Assembly: GCA_003707115.1 (NCBI GenBank)
Contig: PPNB01000015.1
Location: 124,001-188,000, forward strand
From: Tortispora ganteri
Taxonomy: Eukaryota
Length of the DNA: 64,000 nucleotides
Reading direction: 5' to 3'
Positions within the stretch are counted from its first letter, which is position 1. Each line of letters begins with the position of its first letter. The notes under the pieces are model-generated. The model saw nothing but the letters and a program-made list of their open reading frames with translations. It did no database searches and had not been told where the DNA came from. Shown piece by piece: positions 45,857 to 55,863 of this stretch. The position numbers and the translations under genes were made by a program.

Positions 45857-46434
45857 ATTTCCCTTTTTTTCTACGGGGACCATCAGAGACTTGCCAATCA
45901 ATCACCTTTAATTTAAGGCGGAATTTGAAAGCATAATCGCAAAAGAATACACTGGTTGGTTCATATCGATTTGATCCTCAGGCTGAATGCCATAAACAGA
46001 GCTTAAAACTAGTGATTCTTGTTTGTGAAGTTTGGCCGACAGCATACATTTTCTAGTAGCCATCTCTTATTAGCTTATCAGTTCATTATCTCAATATTGC
46101 CGTCAAACATGCCGCCGGAAATGCTTTCGGGCAAACTATCAGCCAACCCTCCGCCTTAGCCGCTGTCAATTATACTAACTGTGGTCTCGGATCACGCGAC
46201 GAGTATGCACACACTTTAGCCGCCACACTTTAGCCGTATATTTACAATAAAGCATGGATGCGCGCAATCATAAGCGCCTTGACAGATCGAAAACGCTAAT
46301 TTCTTTATATCTTATTAGCTGCCATTGTACGAATAGCTAGTTCAAACTGGTCTTTTAACCCTAAGTCCTCTAACCACCCAACCCAACCCAACCACACCCT
46401 CTGAGGGGCCTAAATTTTTATAGCGTAGCCAATC

Positions 46435-47565
46435 ATGTTAAAAAGACAGCTTTTAAATGTCGCTAGATCAAGTCTAACTGCTAGAAATAAGTCGACAATA
46501 GTGAAAGCACCTTCTGAGTCTGTATCAAGGGAGCTGCTGGAGTCTAATGCCGCTGAGAACAAGTCAGCAGCACAGAAACAAGAACCCACCGTGGATGATA
46601 TAACTGCAGCTATAAAGTTCACGCAAGCGCAAGCCTTATTGCTCACATCAGAAGAGGTTGGGCGTAGTGTCTTTTCTAATGAAGAGATAATTTTGCGGAG
46701 TAATGAAACTTCAAAAACCGACGAGTCCTTATTCGCTAAAGATCTCAAAAAGAGTTCGCGAGATGAACCATTTACCGAATACGAACTTAATGCACGCACA
46801 AATCGTTTCTTAGAATTATTCGGAGACATGGGCTCTAGCATCCCAGAACGATTCTCATACAAGTCTCAGAATACTGATCCGCTACCTCTTGGTCAGATTA
46901 CAATATCGCATCTTCTTGCGGCCGGTACACATCTAGGCAACAACACGGAAATATTTAAGAAATCGATGCAACCGTTTATTCGCGGTGAACGAGCGGGCTT
47001 GTACATAATAGACCTAGAGAAAACTTTGACACAGCTTCGCAGAGCTGCTGGAGTCGTCAGGGATGTTGCTCAAGCAGGAGGTCTAGTCGTTTTTGTAAAT
47101 AGTGATGAGTTGACCCGACCGCATGTCGCAAAGGCAGCTTCTTTATCTAGGTCTCCTGTCATATCGGATCGTTGGATACCAGGTACGCTGACTAATCCGC
47201 GTGTATTCCAAGGAATGCAAAATGTTGTCAAATTAAGTATGAGCGACGCTGTATTGTCCACGCTCTCGTCTACCGAACATCCCGCTAAACCTGATGTGGT
47301 CATCTTCTTCAACACTATCAATAACAAGACTGCCTTACGCGAATGTGCCTCAATGAATGTCCCTACTATTGGAATTGTTGATACTGATTGCGATCCTGGT
47401 TTAGTGACTTATCCTATTCCTGCTAACGACGACTCGGTACGAGCCATCCAACTTATTGCTGGTGCTCTAGGGAAAGCTGCTCAGGAAGGCGTTGAGCAGC
47501 GTTTAAGCAATTACAGACTTCTAGTAGACCCAGAAGCTGATGAACCACAACAAATCTCTTATTAA
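46435..47565 (+). CDS. MRP4: Mitochondrial ribosomal protein uS2m
   Basis: Basic presequence; LLAAGTHLG, YIIDLEKT, RWIPGTLTN and PTIGIVDTDCDP..VTYPIPANDDS. Confidence 0.93.
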   Translation: MLKRQLLNVARSSLTARNKSTIVKAPSESVSRELLESNAAENKSAAQKQEPTVDDITAAIKFTQAQALLLTSEEVGRSVFSNEEIILRSNETSKTDESLFAKDLKKSSRDEPFTEYELNARTNRFLELFGDMGSSIPERFSYKSQNTDPLPLGQITISHLLAAGTHLGNNTEIFKKSMQPFIRGERAGLYIIDLEKTLTQLRRAAGVVRDVAQAGGLVVFVNSDELTRPHVAKAASLSRSPVISDRWIPGTLTNPRVFQGMQNVVKLSMSDAVLSTLSSTEHPAKPDVVIFFNTINNKTALRECASMNVPTIGIVDTDCDPGLVTYPIPANDDSVRAIQLIAGALGKAAQEGVEQRLSNYRLLVDPEADEPQQISY

Positions 47566-47578
47566 GTGGTTCTGATCC

Positions 47579-48193
47579 TTATGATACTATTTTCTCAAAT
47601 TCGCTATACAACAACGAAGCCTTGGCACCTTTGTATCTTACTAGCTTAATCCCCAATGTAGGCCATTCCTTGGGGTTGCCACCAAACCCAGCTTTTCGTA
47701 CTAGATGCTGCAGTGTCTCATCCTTAGTCCAATTATAAGTTGAAGCTACGTCAGGTAAGAACGTAGCTGAGAGCCTGCGGCCATTATAGTTGAAATATAT
47801 CTGAATACCGTTCTCCCCGACGATCCAATCCAACGGATCATTGGCATCCTCGAAATCTGTCAACAGAGTAACAGAAACCTTTAGTGAAGGTAATTCTAAT
47901 TCTGAAATAGGAGGAAACCTATGATCCCTTAATGCAGCAATCAAAGCATACTCTCTGAGTCCCTGCTCAATAGGCAGATCTGAAAATGTGCCTATACATC
48001 CACGCAAATCATCACCAGGCATAGTATCGTAAGTGACAAATAATGGGCTTTCTTTCACGTTCGAAGAAACTTCGTACCCTTTCTGTGCACAAAGTTGTGT
48101 AATTTCAGAAAGCGATCTAGGTTTCTTCTTTGAGTTACTAATCTCACACTTCAATACCTCAAACACGTAAGCGCAATGTGCCACCGTCGCCAT
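47579..48193 (-). CDS. AMMECR1-domain protein (YOR289W-like)
   Basis: PLFVT, LRGCIGTF, AALRDHRFPPI and SATFLPDVA. ATG at 48193 (MATVAHC). Confidence 0.92.
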   Translation of the reverse strand: MATVAHCAYVFEVLKCEISNSKKKPRSLSEITQLCAQKGYEVSSNVKESPLFVTYDTMPGDDLRGCIGTFSDLPIEQGLREYALIAALRDHRFPPISELELPSLKVSVTLLTDFEDANDPLDWIVGENGIQIYFNYNGRRLSATFLPDVASTYNWTKDETLQHLVRKAGFGGNPKEWPTLGIKLVRYKGAKASLLYSEFEKIVS

Positions 48194-48580
48194 TATCGAA
48201 AGGTGAATAAAGTGACAACCGCCTTTTTGGGACCACAATCAACGGCGCAAAGTCGGCACACGCCTCAGTGTGTACATTTTTGTCATTTTTTATTGGTTCA
48301 TATTAATTCATTAAACGTTCATTACACTTTGACATATTAATTTTTATTTCAATCCATAAAAAATCACTGTCAGACTGGTGCAAACGGATCTGTGTATACA
48401 TATATCAAATAAACTTTAATAGCCGCACTATTGTGGAAGTCATTACAAAAACACGCTGTCCACCCCGAACCAGCACCCTGTCCTTTCCTTCATTGTGCAC
48501 AACGCGGCAGTATCATTTAAATAGTATCTCCAATTACGAAACAAGTGAAAGAATATAGAGGTCAAATTATTGAAATCACT

Positions 48581-50044
48581 ATGTGGTTCTTCTCTGCGTT
48601 AGTGTTGTTGGTGTTGAGCTGCCTGACGCACGCTGATTTTACGGCAAGCGATCCTAACTTATCATCAGGAAATTATGATGCGGCGATAAATGCATTTAAT
48701 GAAGCTCTGAAGCGAAATCCTGATGATTATATGACATTATACAAGCGTTCGATAGCGTATATGTATTTAGGCAAACGCTCGGCAGCTTTTAACGATCTGA
48801 ACACTGTCATCAAACTCGCGCCTTCATATGAACCTGCTAGAATACAGAGAGCTCAGAATTTCATACAAAGAGGTGACTGGGAACGAGCGCAAGAAGACTA
48901 TTCTGCAGTTGGACATGATATTTCTGAATTAAAAGAATTAATGAATATCGAAGCATCTATCAACGAAGCCATTAAAAATATGGATTGGAGCTCCTGTATA
49001 GACTTGTCTTCGCGGCTCATAGACTCTTCCCCGTATTCTGCAAGAGCCCGTGATTTACGGTCATTCTGCTATTTGAAACTAAACGAGTTACAACCTGCAG
49101 TCGTTGATTTAACGAATGCCGTTAACTTGGAACCTACAGATCTCTCGCGCATTGCATCTCTCGCGTCTCTTGTCTACTACTATCAGGGCGATTACAATCA
49201 GTTTTTGAGGACGATTCAGAAATGTACAAGATTTGATCCTGACTTTGAAGAATGCAAATCATTGTTCAAATCTATTAAGGCTCTAAATAAGGATTTGGAA
49301 AAGCATGTAGGTCTCGCTACAGGAGCTGAACCGAAATTTATCGATAACCTCGCACACAAACTTCGAGATATTGGTGAAAAAATGTCGGTTCCTGATTTGG
49401 TATCAAAGAGCTATCTTTTAGAAAGATTGTACACTGATAAGTGTACTAAACTTTGCGACAAGCATCAATATGCTGAAGCTAAATCGTTCTGTCAGTCAGC
49501 TCTGATTTATGCCCCGAGACTTGACACTGCTCATGTTTGTATCGCAGAGGCACTTGCTGAAGCTGATTGTTTTGATGAAGCAATAAAACTTTTAGAGCAA
49601 GAAGAAAAAGAAAACCCGTATCATGAGCCTATAACTAAAAAGCTTGAGGATTTGAAGAGACGAAAAAACCAGCCGAAGCCGAAAAATTATTACAAAATTC
49701 TGGGTGTTGCTAAGAATGCTGACGAAAAAGAGATAAAAAGTGCGTATCGTGCTATGACAAAGAAGTTCCATCCTGATAAAAGGCCTGCGGATATGAGTAT
49801 CGAGGAAGCTGAAGCTAAAATGGCTGAGATTAACTTGGCTTATGAGGTTTTATCTGACCCAGAACAACGAAAACAACATGACATGGGTATAGACCCGCAG
49901 AATCCTGGAGGTGGGCCGCATCAGCAACACCAGCAGCCATTTAACCCTTTCCAAGGTGGTCAACCGTTCGGCCAGAATATTAAATTCAACTTCAACGGCA
50001 GACCTGGTGGCGCCCAGTTTCATCAACGAAGACGTGGCCGATAA
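48581..50044 (+). CDS. JEM1: ER DnaJ/TPR co-chaperone (P58IPK/DNAJC3, Jem1-type)
   Basis: Signal peptide from ATG 48581, multiple TPRs, and a C-terminal J domain (YYKILGV, HPDK, INLAYEVLSDPE.R). Confidence 0.8.
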   Translation: MWFFSALVLLVLSCLTHADFTASDPNLSSGNYDAAINAFNEALKRNPDDYMTLYKRSIAYMYLGKRSAAFNDLNTVIKLAPSYEPARIQRAQNFIQRGDWERAQEDYSAVGHDISELKELMNIEASINEAIKNMDWSSCIDLSSRLIDSSPYSARARDLRSFCYLKLNELQPAVVDLTNAVNLEPTDLSRIASLASLVYYYQGDYNQFLRTIQKCTRFDPDFEECKSLFKSIKALNKDLEKHVGLATGAEPKFIDNLAHKLRDIGEKMSVPDLVSKSYLLERLYTDKCTKLCDKHQYAEAKSFCQSALIYAPRLDTAHVCIAEALAEADCFDEAIKLLEQEEKENPYHEPITKKLEDLKRRKNQPKPKNYYKILGVAKNADEKEIKSAYRAMTKKFHPDKRPADMSIEEAEAKMAEINLAYEVLSDPEQRKQHDMGIDPQNPGGGPHQQHQQPFNPFQGGQPFGQNIKFNFNGRPGGAQFHQRRRGR

Positions 50045-50113
50045 GCTGCTCACTTAACAAGAAATTGAGGGATCTGTACGATGATAACTAAAATGGATCA
50101 TACATATTGGTTA

Positions 50114-52123
50114 TTAAGTAATCTTAAGGAGCTTTAAGAGCTCGGGTATACTGACAGGTTTCTCTGGCAAAGTTGAGTAAAGCAGGCTATAAAGGCGGTT
50201 TCGCCTCATCGGCACATATTTACCAAAACCAAACAGCTTAATCACCTGAAATGACATATAATACACTTTCATTATCTCCCATAGGGCAATGTACTGACGA
50301 AACATGCTTGATACTTCAAGAGGTTTGGACTCCATAGAAATGTAAATGACAGTGCCTTCTCCAGTTTTCACCTTGGACGCATCCGCTGGCAATATGTTAA
50401 ACTTCAGACCTCCAGGAAGCCTTTTAGAATCTTTGATCCTAAGCATAAGCGCAAACAAGGGGAAATGATTGCAAAACGCCAGAGAAAGTTCCAGCAAGGC
50501 GTTGACCGATATGATGATTATCCTAGAAATCGCGAACGCTACGTAGAAAACAAAGACTGTTAACCAGAGAAACCCTAGGACAATGAAGAGCAATGTTCCT
50601 GCCAGTTGCTGGTCAAGGTCGTAGTCACAAGAGTCAATTCTGTTTCTTAAGATGTTTCTGCGCTTGCCTCTGAATAGATGAAATAGAGAGATTAAAGTAT
50701 TAGTATGCACGTGATAGAAGCGAGCGGAAGAAACAAAGTAAGAGTATACATGCAATGTAAAAAGCGAAACAAGATCAGATATCAATGACAATGAGAATGT
50801 CAAGCCTAAGTATCCAGAGTATCCAACAATAGTAACAATTAGGGGTGCATATCCAATTAAGAACTTCAAAAACTGTGCATTTGCATCATTAATCCAGAGA
50901 CACAATTCGCCAAAGAACTCAGCAAGCTGTATATTGAGCTTTATGCCCGCAGGAGCATCCATAAGCCAGACAATTAGGTTTCTTGGTAATTTTATCAAAA
51001 GGCTGTTAACAGTGATGGTGATCCAGGCCACAATTGCTTCTTTGTTATTCAGTACAAGAGCACCAAATCCCGAGCCAATGATCACATCATTAGTGATTAG
51101 CCACAAAGTGTTATAAAAGCGAATATAGTCAGGCTGAAAATCTTGGAGACTTCTCCAGGATTTATTTTTCGTTGAAATGGCAACATATTGAGACGGCAAA
51201 TAGCAGAGTTGCTGTAAACGTAGATCGAGCTGCATTGCAGTTGCTGAAATCTCTTTTAAAGATGAGTAAGAGGAAGAAACTCGGTACTCCAGAATAGCAA
51301 ATAAGATTTCGAAGGAGCACCTTAGCAGAAGGAATGAAGGAACTATTATTAGTTTAAAAAGGAATGTGAGAAAAACAATGAAGCAGGACCATAGTGTAGA
51401 TAAAAGAAAGGTAAATTCTGGACGAGATAGTATAGATGAATTGGCAGGAGAAGCTGTAGCGGATGTCAATACCTGGTCGACCTCATGAGCGCAATTAATC
51501 TGTAAAACGAAGACGTCTAGAGAAGTTTCTTGGACAGTGAGAGCACGAGTTGGTGCATGTGGGAGAATAAGATCACTTAGAAGAGCTTGGCGTGCACGAT
51601 GTTCAATTATTGATTTCTCGTAATTGTGGTATATGACTGGCACAGACTGTCTGCCGGGAAGCTCTAGTTGTATAGGATCTATTGAGAAAAACTGAAGACG
51701 GCGAGGATTAGGACGGGAATATAAAAACACATGATAGATGAAGTTTAAGGCAGTTTCGGGTGTGTGAGAGTGAAACAATGGTCGCGATTGTGTTGGAAGA
51801 GAGACTTGAAGAAGATGTTTCTTGTTAGGGAGGTTAAGACGCGATATGTCTTGGTGTGTAGAGACGTCTAGCAAGCCGAGTACTGAGAGCTTAGAATTAC
51901 CACATGCGGCATATAATTCGCGTAAAGATTTCTTTGCGGATGTGAGATGGGCAGGATTGTCTCCGGAGAGAAGTAAGGGCATTAAAGCAGCGGCGCGATC
52001 TATGTGTAGGGCCGACACTATGAGGTAGTCATCGTGGTTAGTTTTCCAACCAATGAGAAGACGTGGAGTGTTTGAAGCAGGGATATTTACAGGCCAAAAT
52101 ACTCGTGAAAGAGTTTGCTGCAT
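50114..52123 (-). CDS. GPI1: GPI-GlcNAc transferase subunit Gpi1 (PIG-Q)
   Basis: N-terminal RVFWP, QLDLRLQQ.CY.P, YIRFYNTLWL..NDVIIG, WLM.APAGIKLN..LA.F and SLFHLFRGKRRNILRNRIDS..YDLDQ. Confidence 0.96.
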   Translation of the reverse strand: MQQTLSRVFWPVNIPASNTPRLLIGWKTNHDDYLIVSALHIDRAAALMPLLLSGDNPAHLTSAKKSLRELYAACGNSKLSVLGLLDVSTHQDISRLNLPNKKHLLQVSLPTQSRPLFHSHTPETALNFIYHVFLYSRPNPRRLQFFSIDPIQLELPGRQSVPVIYHNYEKSIIEHRARQALLSDLILPHAPTRALTVQETSLDVFVLQINCAHEVDQVLTSATASPANSSILSRPEFTFLLSTLWSCFIVFLTFLFKLIIVPSFLLLRCSFEILFAILEYRVSSSYSSLKEISATAMQLDLRLQQLCYLPSQYVAISTKNKSWRSLQDFQPDYIRFYNTLWLITNDVIIGSGFGALVLNNKEAIVAWITITVNSLLIKLPRNLIVWLMDAPAGIKLNIQLAEFFGELCLWINDANAQFLKFLIGYAPLIVTIVGYSGYLGLTFSLSLISDLVSLFTLHVYSYFVSSARFYHVHTNTLISLFHLFRGKRRNILRNRIDSCDYDLDQQLAGTLLFIVLGFLWLTVFVFYVAFAISRIIIISVNALLELSLAFCNHFPLFALMLRIKDSKRLPGGLKFNILPADASKVKTGEGTVIYISMESKPLEVSSMFRQYIALWEIMKVYYMSFQVIKLFGFGKYVPMRRNRLYSLLYSTLPEKPVSIPELLKLLKIT

Positions 52124-52383
52124 TAGAAGCTTCCTCTACGGCGGAGTTGTTCCTTGGCGGATATAGTTGGGTGCACTATTGGTTTCGAATCAACTTCTTT
52201 TATGGATAGACTATAGATGAATGCGAGTAATATTGCGAGAGCGGCAAGCAGGGCAAGCAATGCGTACACAATGTTCAAAAAGAAAGAAATTTTCCAAAGA
52301 CACAGCAAGTCAGTTTGCAATTTGTAAATGTCGATGTGAAAATATACGAAAGGCAGTGCTGCTAGAAGAAGATAAAAAAGCAT
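52123..52383 (-). CDS. 86-aa hydrophobic microprotein of unknown function; stop overlaps the GPI1 start (TAATG)
   Basis: ATG-initiated ORF with two hydrophobic segments and a basic tail ending LRRRGSF. It fills the space between the bL35m gene and GPI1 and has no internal ATG in any frame. Confidence 0.62.
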   Translation of the reverse strand: MLFYLLLAALPFVYFHIDIYKLQTDLLCLWKISFFLNIVYALLALLAALAILLAFIYSLSIKEVDSKPIVHPTISAKEQLRRRGSF

Positions 52384-52523
52384 ACAAAGTGTACGTTGGG
52401 TAAGAGGTGGGAGAGGAGGGTAGTATAGTGTGGTATTTCCTCTTTCTTTTTCAGGGAAGGGAAAGGGGAAGGATAAGTTATATACAAGGGTGCGAGGAAA
52501 CTACAACGGTATCTATAGCGCAA

Positions 52524-52822
52524 TTAACTGAACGGCATGAGTCGTTTAACGCGCTGAGTGAGCTTTCCATGCGATTTACTTGTTGTTAGGACAATTTTGG
52601 ACAGTCTCTGTTTAGTATTGTGACGGAGACCTGTGAGATTGTGGTTTGAGTAGGCTTTGTTCTAGTTAGTGTTAGAAAGAGTTCCTTACTGGACCAACAA
52701 GCTGTACTTACCCTTTTATATTCACCTGTAGCTATTTTCTTAAATCTTTTTGCTGCACCATGGTGTGTTTTTATTCCTGCAGCCTGTTGTACCGGCTTTA
52801 ACAGGGCAATATGTCTGAGCAT
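52524..52822 (-). CDS. Mitochondrial ribosomal protein bL35m; exons 52822-52712 and 52661-52524 (82 aa)
   Basis: IKTHHGAAKRFKK...YKR|NKAYSNHN...KRLMPFS after removing a 50-nt intron GTAAGT...ACTAACTAG. The ORF track reads through the intron in error. Confidence 0.88.
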
Positions 52823-52955
52823 ATTGAGAGGGAGAGAGAGGTTTAAAGGTAAATGGAGTTAATTTCTTTCTACAAAAAAGGTGGGCTGAGGGTGCCGGAT
52901 TCTACGAAGAGTAAAGGGCAAAGATTAAGGAAACATTTATATACATTTATTTAAA

Positions 52956-53370
<415 letters not shown>

Positions 53371-53523
53371 TTATCACATTTTTAACCTGAAAATCTTCAT
53401 CTGCTTTTTTTTATCGCCTATTGAATTGTTGTGCCATTTAGACGTACATTTGCGATCTTTTTCTTAAATATTCATTTCAAAATAAGAGCCTTTCGCAATA
53501 ATCTGCTACTTGGTCTGCGATTA

Positions 53524-55746
53524 ATGTCTGAACACAAAATCGCCGACTTGACCAAGTCACTGACCTCTATAGTCAGATTATCCAATTCGCTCGCAAATAA
53601 AGATGTATCATTTTTAAAATCCGTTGATCCTTCTATATCCGAAAGAATATCTGATGTTGAAAATAGTTTAACTAGTATTATAGACTCCGTCGCTTTAAAA
53701 TCCGGTTCAACACCTCTGAAATCTTCTAAGTCTTTACTAGACTCCTATTCCAGACTTTCCGATTCCGTAGAGTTTGCGCTAGAACGAACTGCCGGTGCTA
53801 TTCGCGATACTAAACGTGGATTTCATACAAAACAGGGCTCAACTGTTAAAATTCATCTTGAAGAATTCTCCGCTTCTGAGCCGCAATCCAACTCGAGAAT
53901 GCCGCTCTCGCTCAACATCGATAAACCACAAAATGCTTTCAAACGCAAACCTGATAACTTCTCAATGAATCCGTTTAAACCAATACTTACTTCAAAACCA
54001 CATGCGAAAATCCCGCTACATAAGTCCCTAGAGCCACGAACTGATTTGGCAGAATATGGCGACAGACTGTCATACGAGAATCCCTACAAAGTCGAAATAG
54101 AGCAGTATCCTTTCCCGGATCAGATATTTGAAAAGGCACCCCCTATATCTCCGAAACCCTGGGGCTCTAATCCTGCCATATGGATTGATACCCCTGAACA
54201 ACTTAATGACCTGGTAGATGAATTGTCCGCATTGAAAGAGATCGCCGTAGATCTCGAACATCACAGTGTGCGCTCTTTTTACGGTTTTGTGTGTTTAATG
54301 CAAGTCAGTTCCCGCGAAAAAGACTGGCTTATTGACACAATAGCGTTATATGATCACATGGAAGTCCTTAATAATGTTTTTACTAACCCTCAAATTTTGA
54401 AAGTATTCCACGGCGCACAATCTGATATATCTTGGCTCCAGCAACATTTTGGTCTCTACGTTGTGTCTCTTTTTGACACACAGATTGCTGCTAAAGCGCT
54501 TAACCTGGAAAAAATGGGACTCGCATATCTGCTCGAGAAGTATTGCCGCTTTGTAACTTCAAAGAAATACCAGCTCGCCGATTGGCGACAGAGACCTCTC
54601 TCTCCTTCCATGTTGGCGTATGCGCAATCTGATACACATTTTTTACTTTATATCTACGACAACCTTCGCAATGCTTTGATAGATTCATCTTCAGACTTGT
54701 TAAGTGATGTCATCAGAAGCTGTAGAAACCGCTCAGCTACTCATTACGAAAAGCCCTTTGACCGTGCTGAATTAGGCGAAGGAACTGCTGGATGGAAGAA
54801 TATCCTTTCGAAGAACAGATTGACGGGAAAGCAGGATATTGCAGCAGTAAAAGCCCTTTGTATATGGAGAGACAGGATAGCTCGCACTTACGATGAAAGT
54901 CACCATCATGTGTTACCTAATTACATTCTCGTTAGGCTGGCTATGAAACTTCCTACAACTTCTGCTGCTGTCTTGAAGATAGTACATAAAGTTTCAACAT
55001 ATCTCGAAGATAATGCTGCTGAGATTGCGTCACTGCTAAAAGACGTGCTTGACGGAAAATCAGACTCAATTGATGTAGTAGAGATGCATAGCAGATCTCC
55101 CGTGGCTTTGGATACTAATGCTCAAAGTTATTCCAAAGGCCAAGATATTTCTGCCATTGATATAGCGAGGTCTAATGAACTCTATACTCTAACTTCTAGA
55201 GGCTCTCAAAAGCCAAAGAATCAGTTTTGGGAGGCTTCAGGAAAGACTCCCAAAATTACGGCCACAGCAGATTATGAGATCGCACTTGATGCTCCTTCTA
55301 ATACTACCCCTAAGAGGATTTTCCGAACATCATACAATCTTACAAACGATGCTACTGACACTATAGGGCCTTCAGACTCTTCTGTTGTTAAGGATGAAGC
55401 TCCTAGTGCTATTGATACTATAAGATCTGCAGACTCTTCTGCTGTTAATGATGAAGCTCCTAGTGCTATTGAAAATGATATGATTGTTCTCAAACCTTCT
55501 AAAAGGTCGGCGAAAAAGAGAGCGAAGAAGACTCAGTCAACAGGCGACGACGCTATTGACTTCTCTTCAGAACCTGGATCTTCTATTTTACACCCAAAAA
55601 AGAATGTCAAATCACCGGCTGGCGCACATAAGGAATTCAATCCTTATGGCAATATTAATGCTCCAAAAGGACACAAGCAAAAATCGGCGTCTGCACCACG
55701 CGCTGGAAAGAGCGCTACTTTCAGGAAGCATAGAAAAAACGTTTAA
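53524..55746 (+). CDS. RRP6: Nuclear exosome exoribonuclease Rrp6
   Basis: PMC2NT N-terminus, DEDDy exonuclease (IAVDLEHH, KVFHGA, YQLADWR.RPL, YA.SDTHFLL), HRDC (WRDRIAR..DES) and basic tail. ATG at 53524. Confidence 0.96.
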   Translation: MSEHKIADLTKSLTSIVRLSNSLANKDVSFLKSVDPSISERISDVENSLTSIIDSVALKSGSTPLKSSKSLLDSYSRLSDSVEFALERTAGAIRDTKRGFHTKQGSTVKIHLEEFSASEPQSNSRMPLSLNIDKPQNAFKRKPDNFSMNPFKPILTSKPHAKIPLHKSLEPRTDLAEYGDRLSYENPYKVEIEQYPFPDQIFEKAPPISPKPWGSNPAIWIDTPEQLNDLVDELSALKEIAVDLEHHSVRSFYGFVCLMQVSSREKDWLIDTIALYDHMEVLNNVFTNPQILKVFHGAQSDISWLQQHFGLYVVSLFDTQIAAKALNLEKMGLAYLLEKYCRFVTSKKYQLADWRQRPLSPSMLAYAQSDTHFLLYIYDNLRNALIDSSSDLLSDVIRSCRNRSATHYEKPFDRAELGEGTAGWKNILSKNRLTGKQDIAAVKALCIWRDRIARTYDESHHHVLPNYILVRLAMKLPTTSAAVLKIVHKVSTYLEDNAAEIASLLKDVLDGKSDSIDVVEMHSRSPVALDTNAQSYSKGQDISAIDIARSNELYTLTSRGSQKPKNQFWEASGKTPKITATADYEIALDAPSNTTPKRIFRTSYNLTNDATDTIGPSDSSVVKDEAPSAIDTIRSADSSAVNDEAPSAIENDMIVLKPSKRSAKKRAKKTQSTGDDAIDFSSEPGSSILHPKKNVKSPAGAHKEFNPYGNINAPKGHKQKSASAPRAGKSATFRKHRKNV
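55357..55470 (+). repeat. 57-bp (19-codon) tandem duplication in the Rrp6 C-terminal region
   Basis: DTIGPSDSSVVKDEAPSAI / DTIRSADSSAVNDEAPSAI. Confidence 0.9.
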
Positions 55747-55863
55747 CGACTTCATTAAGCTTTTCACTAATATCTTTTATAGATATATATTATGCTATCT
55801 TATATTTTAAGGCATAGACTATGAAGTAATTATATTCGTAATGCAAAATGATGATCTTTGATT

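Noticed and set aside
45643..45858. 71-aa minus-strand ORF in the large intergenic gap
   Set aside because: It starts at the edge of the tandem repeat, has no recognisable features, and its length is within chance expectation.
46356..46364. TAACCCTAA resembling a TTAGGG telomerase template
   Set aside because: It lies only 70 nt upstream of the MRP4 ATG on the same strand, leaving no room for the rest of a telomerase RNA; more likely a promoter telobox.
52123..52140. Programmed frameshift or splicing that fuses the microprotein to Gpi1
   Set aside because: The GPI1 frame has a TAG five codons upstream, there is no slippery heptamer in the remaining codons, and I found no intron that joins the frames.
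53431..53523. ORF-track N-terminal extensions from GTG/TTG starts (RRP6, KAR3, SEC8, AMMECR1, JEM1, MDM35)
   Set aside because: These are bacterial-style start calls; in this eukaryote the first ATG matches the expected protein N-terminus.
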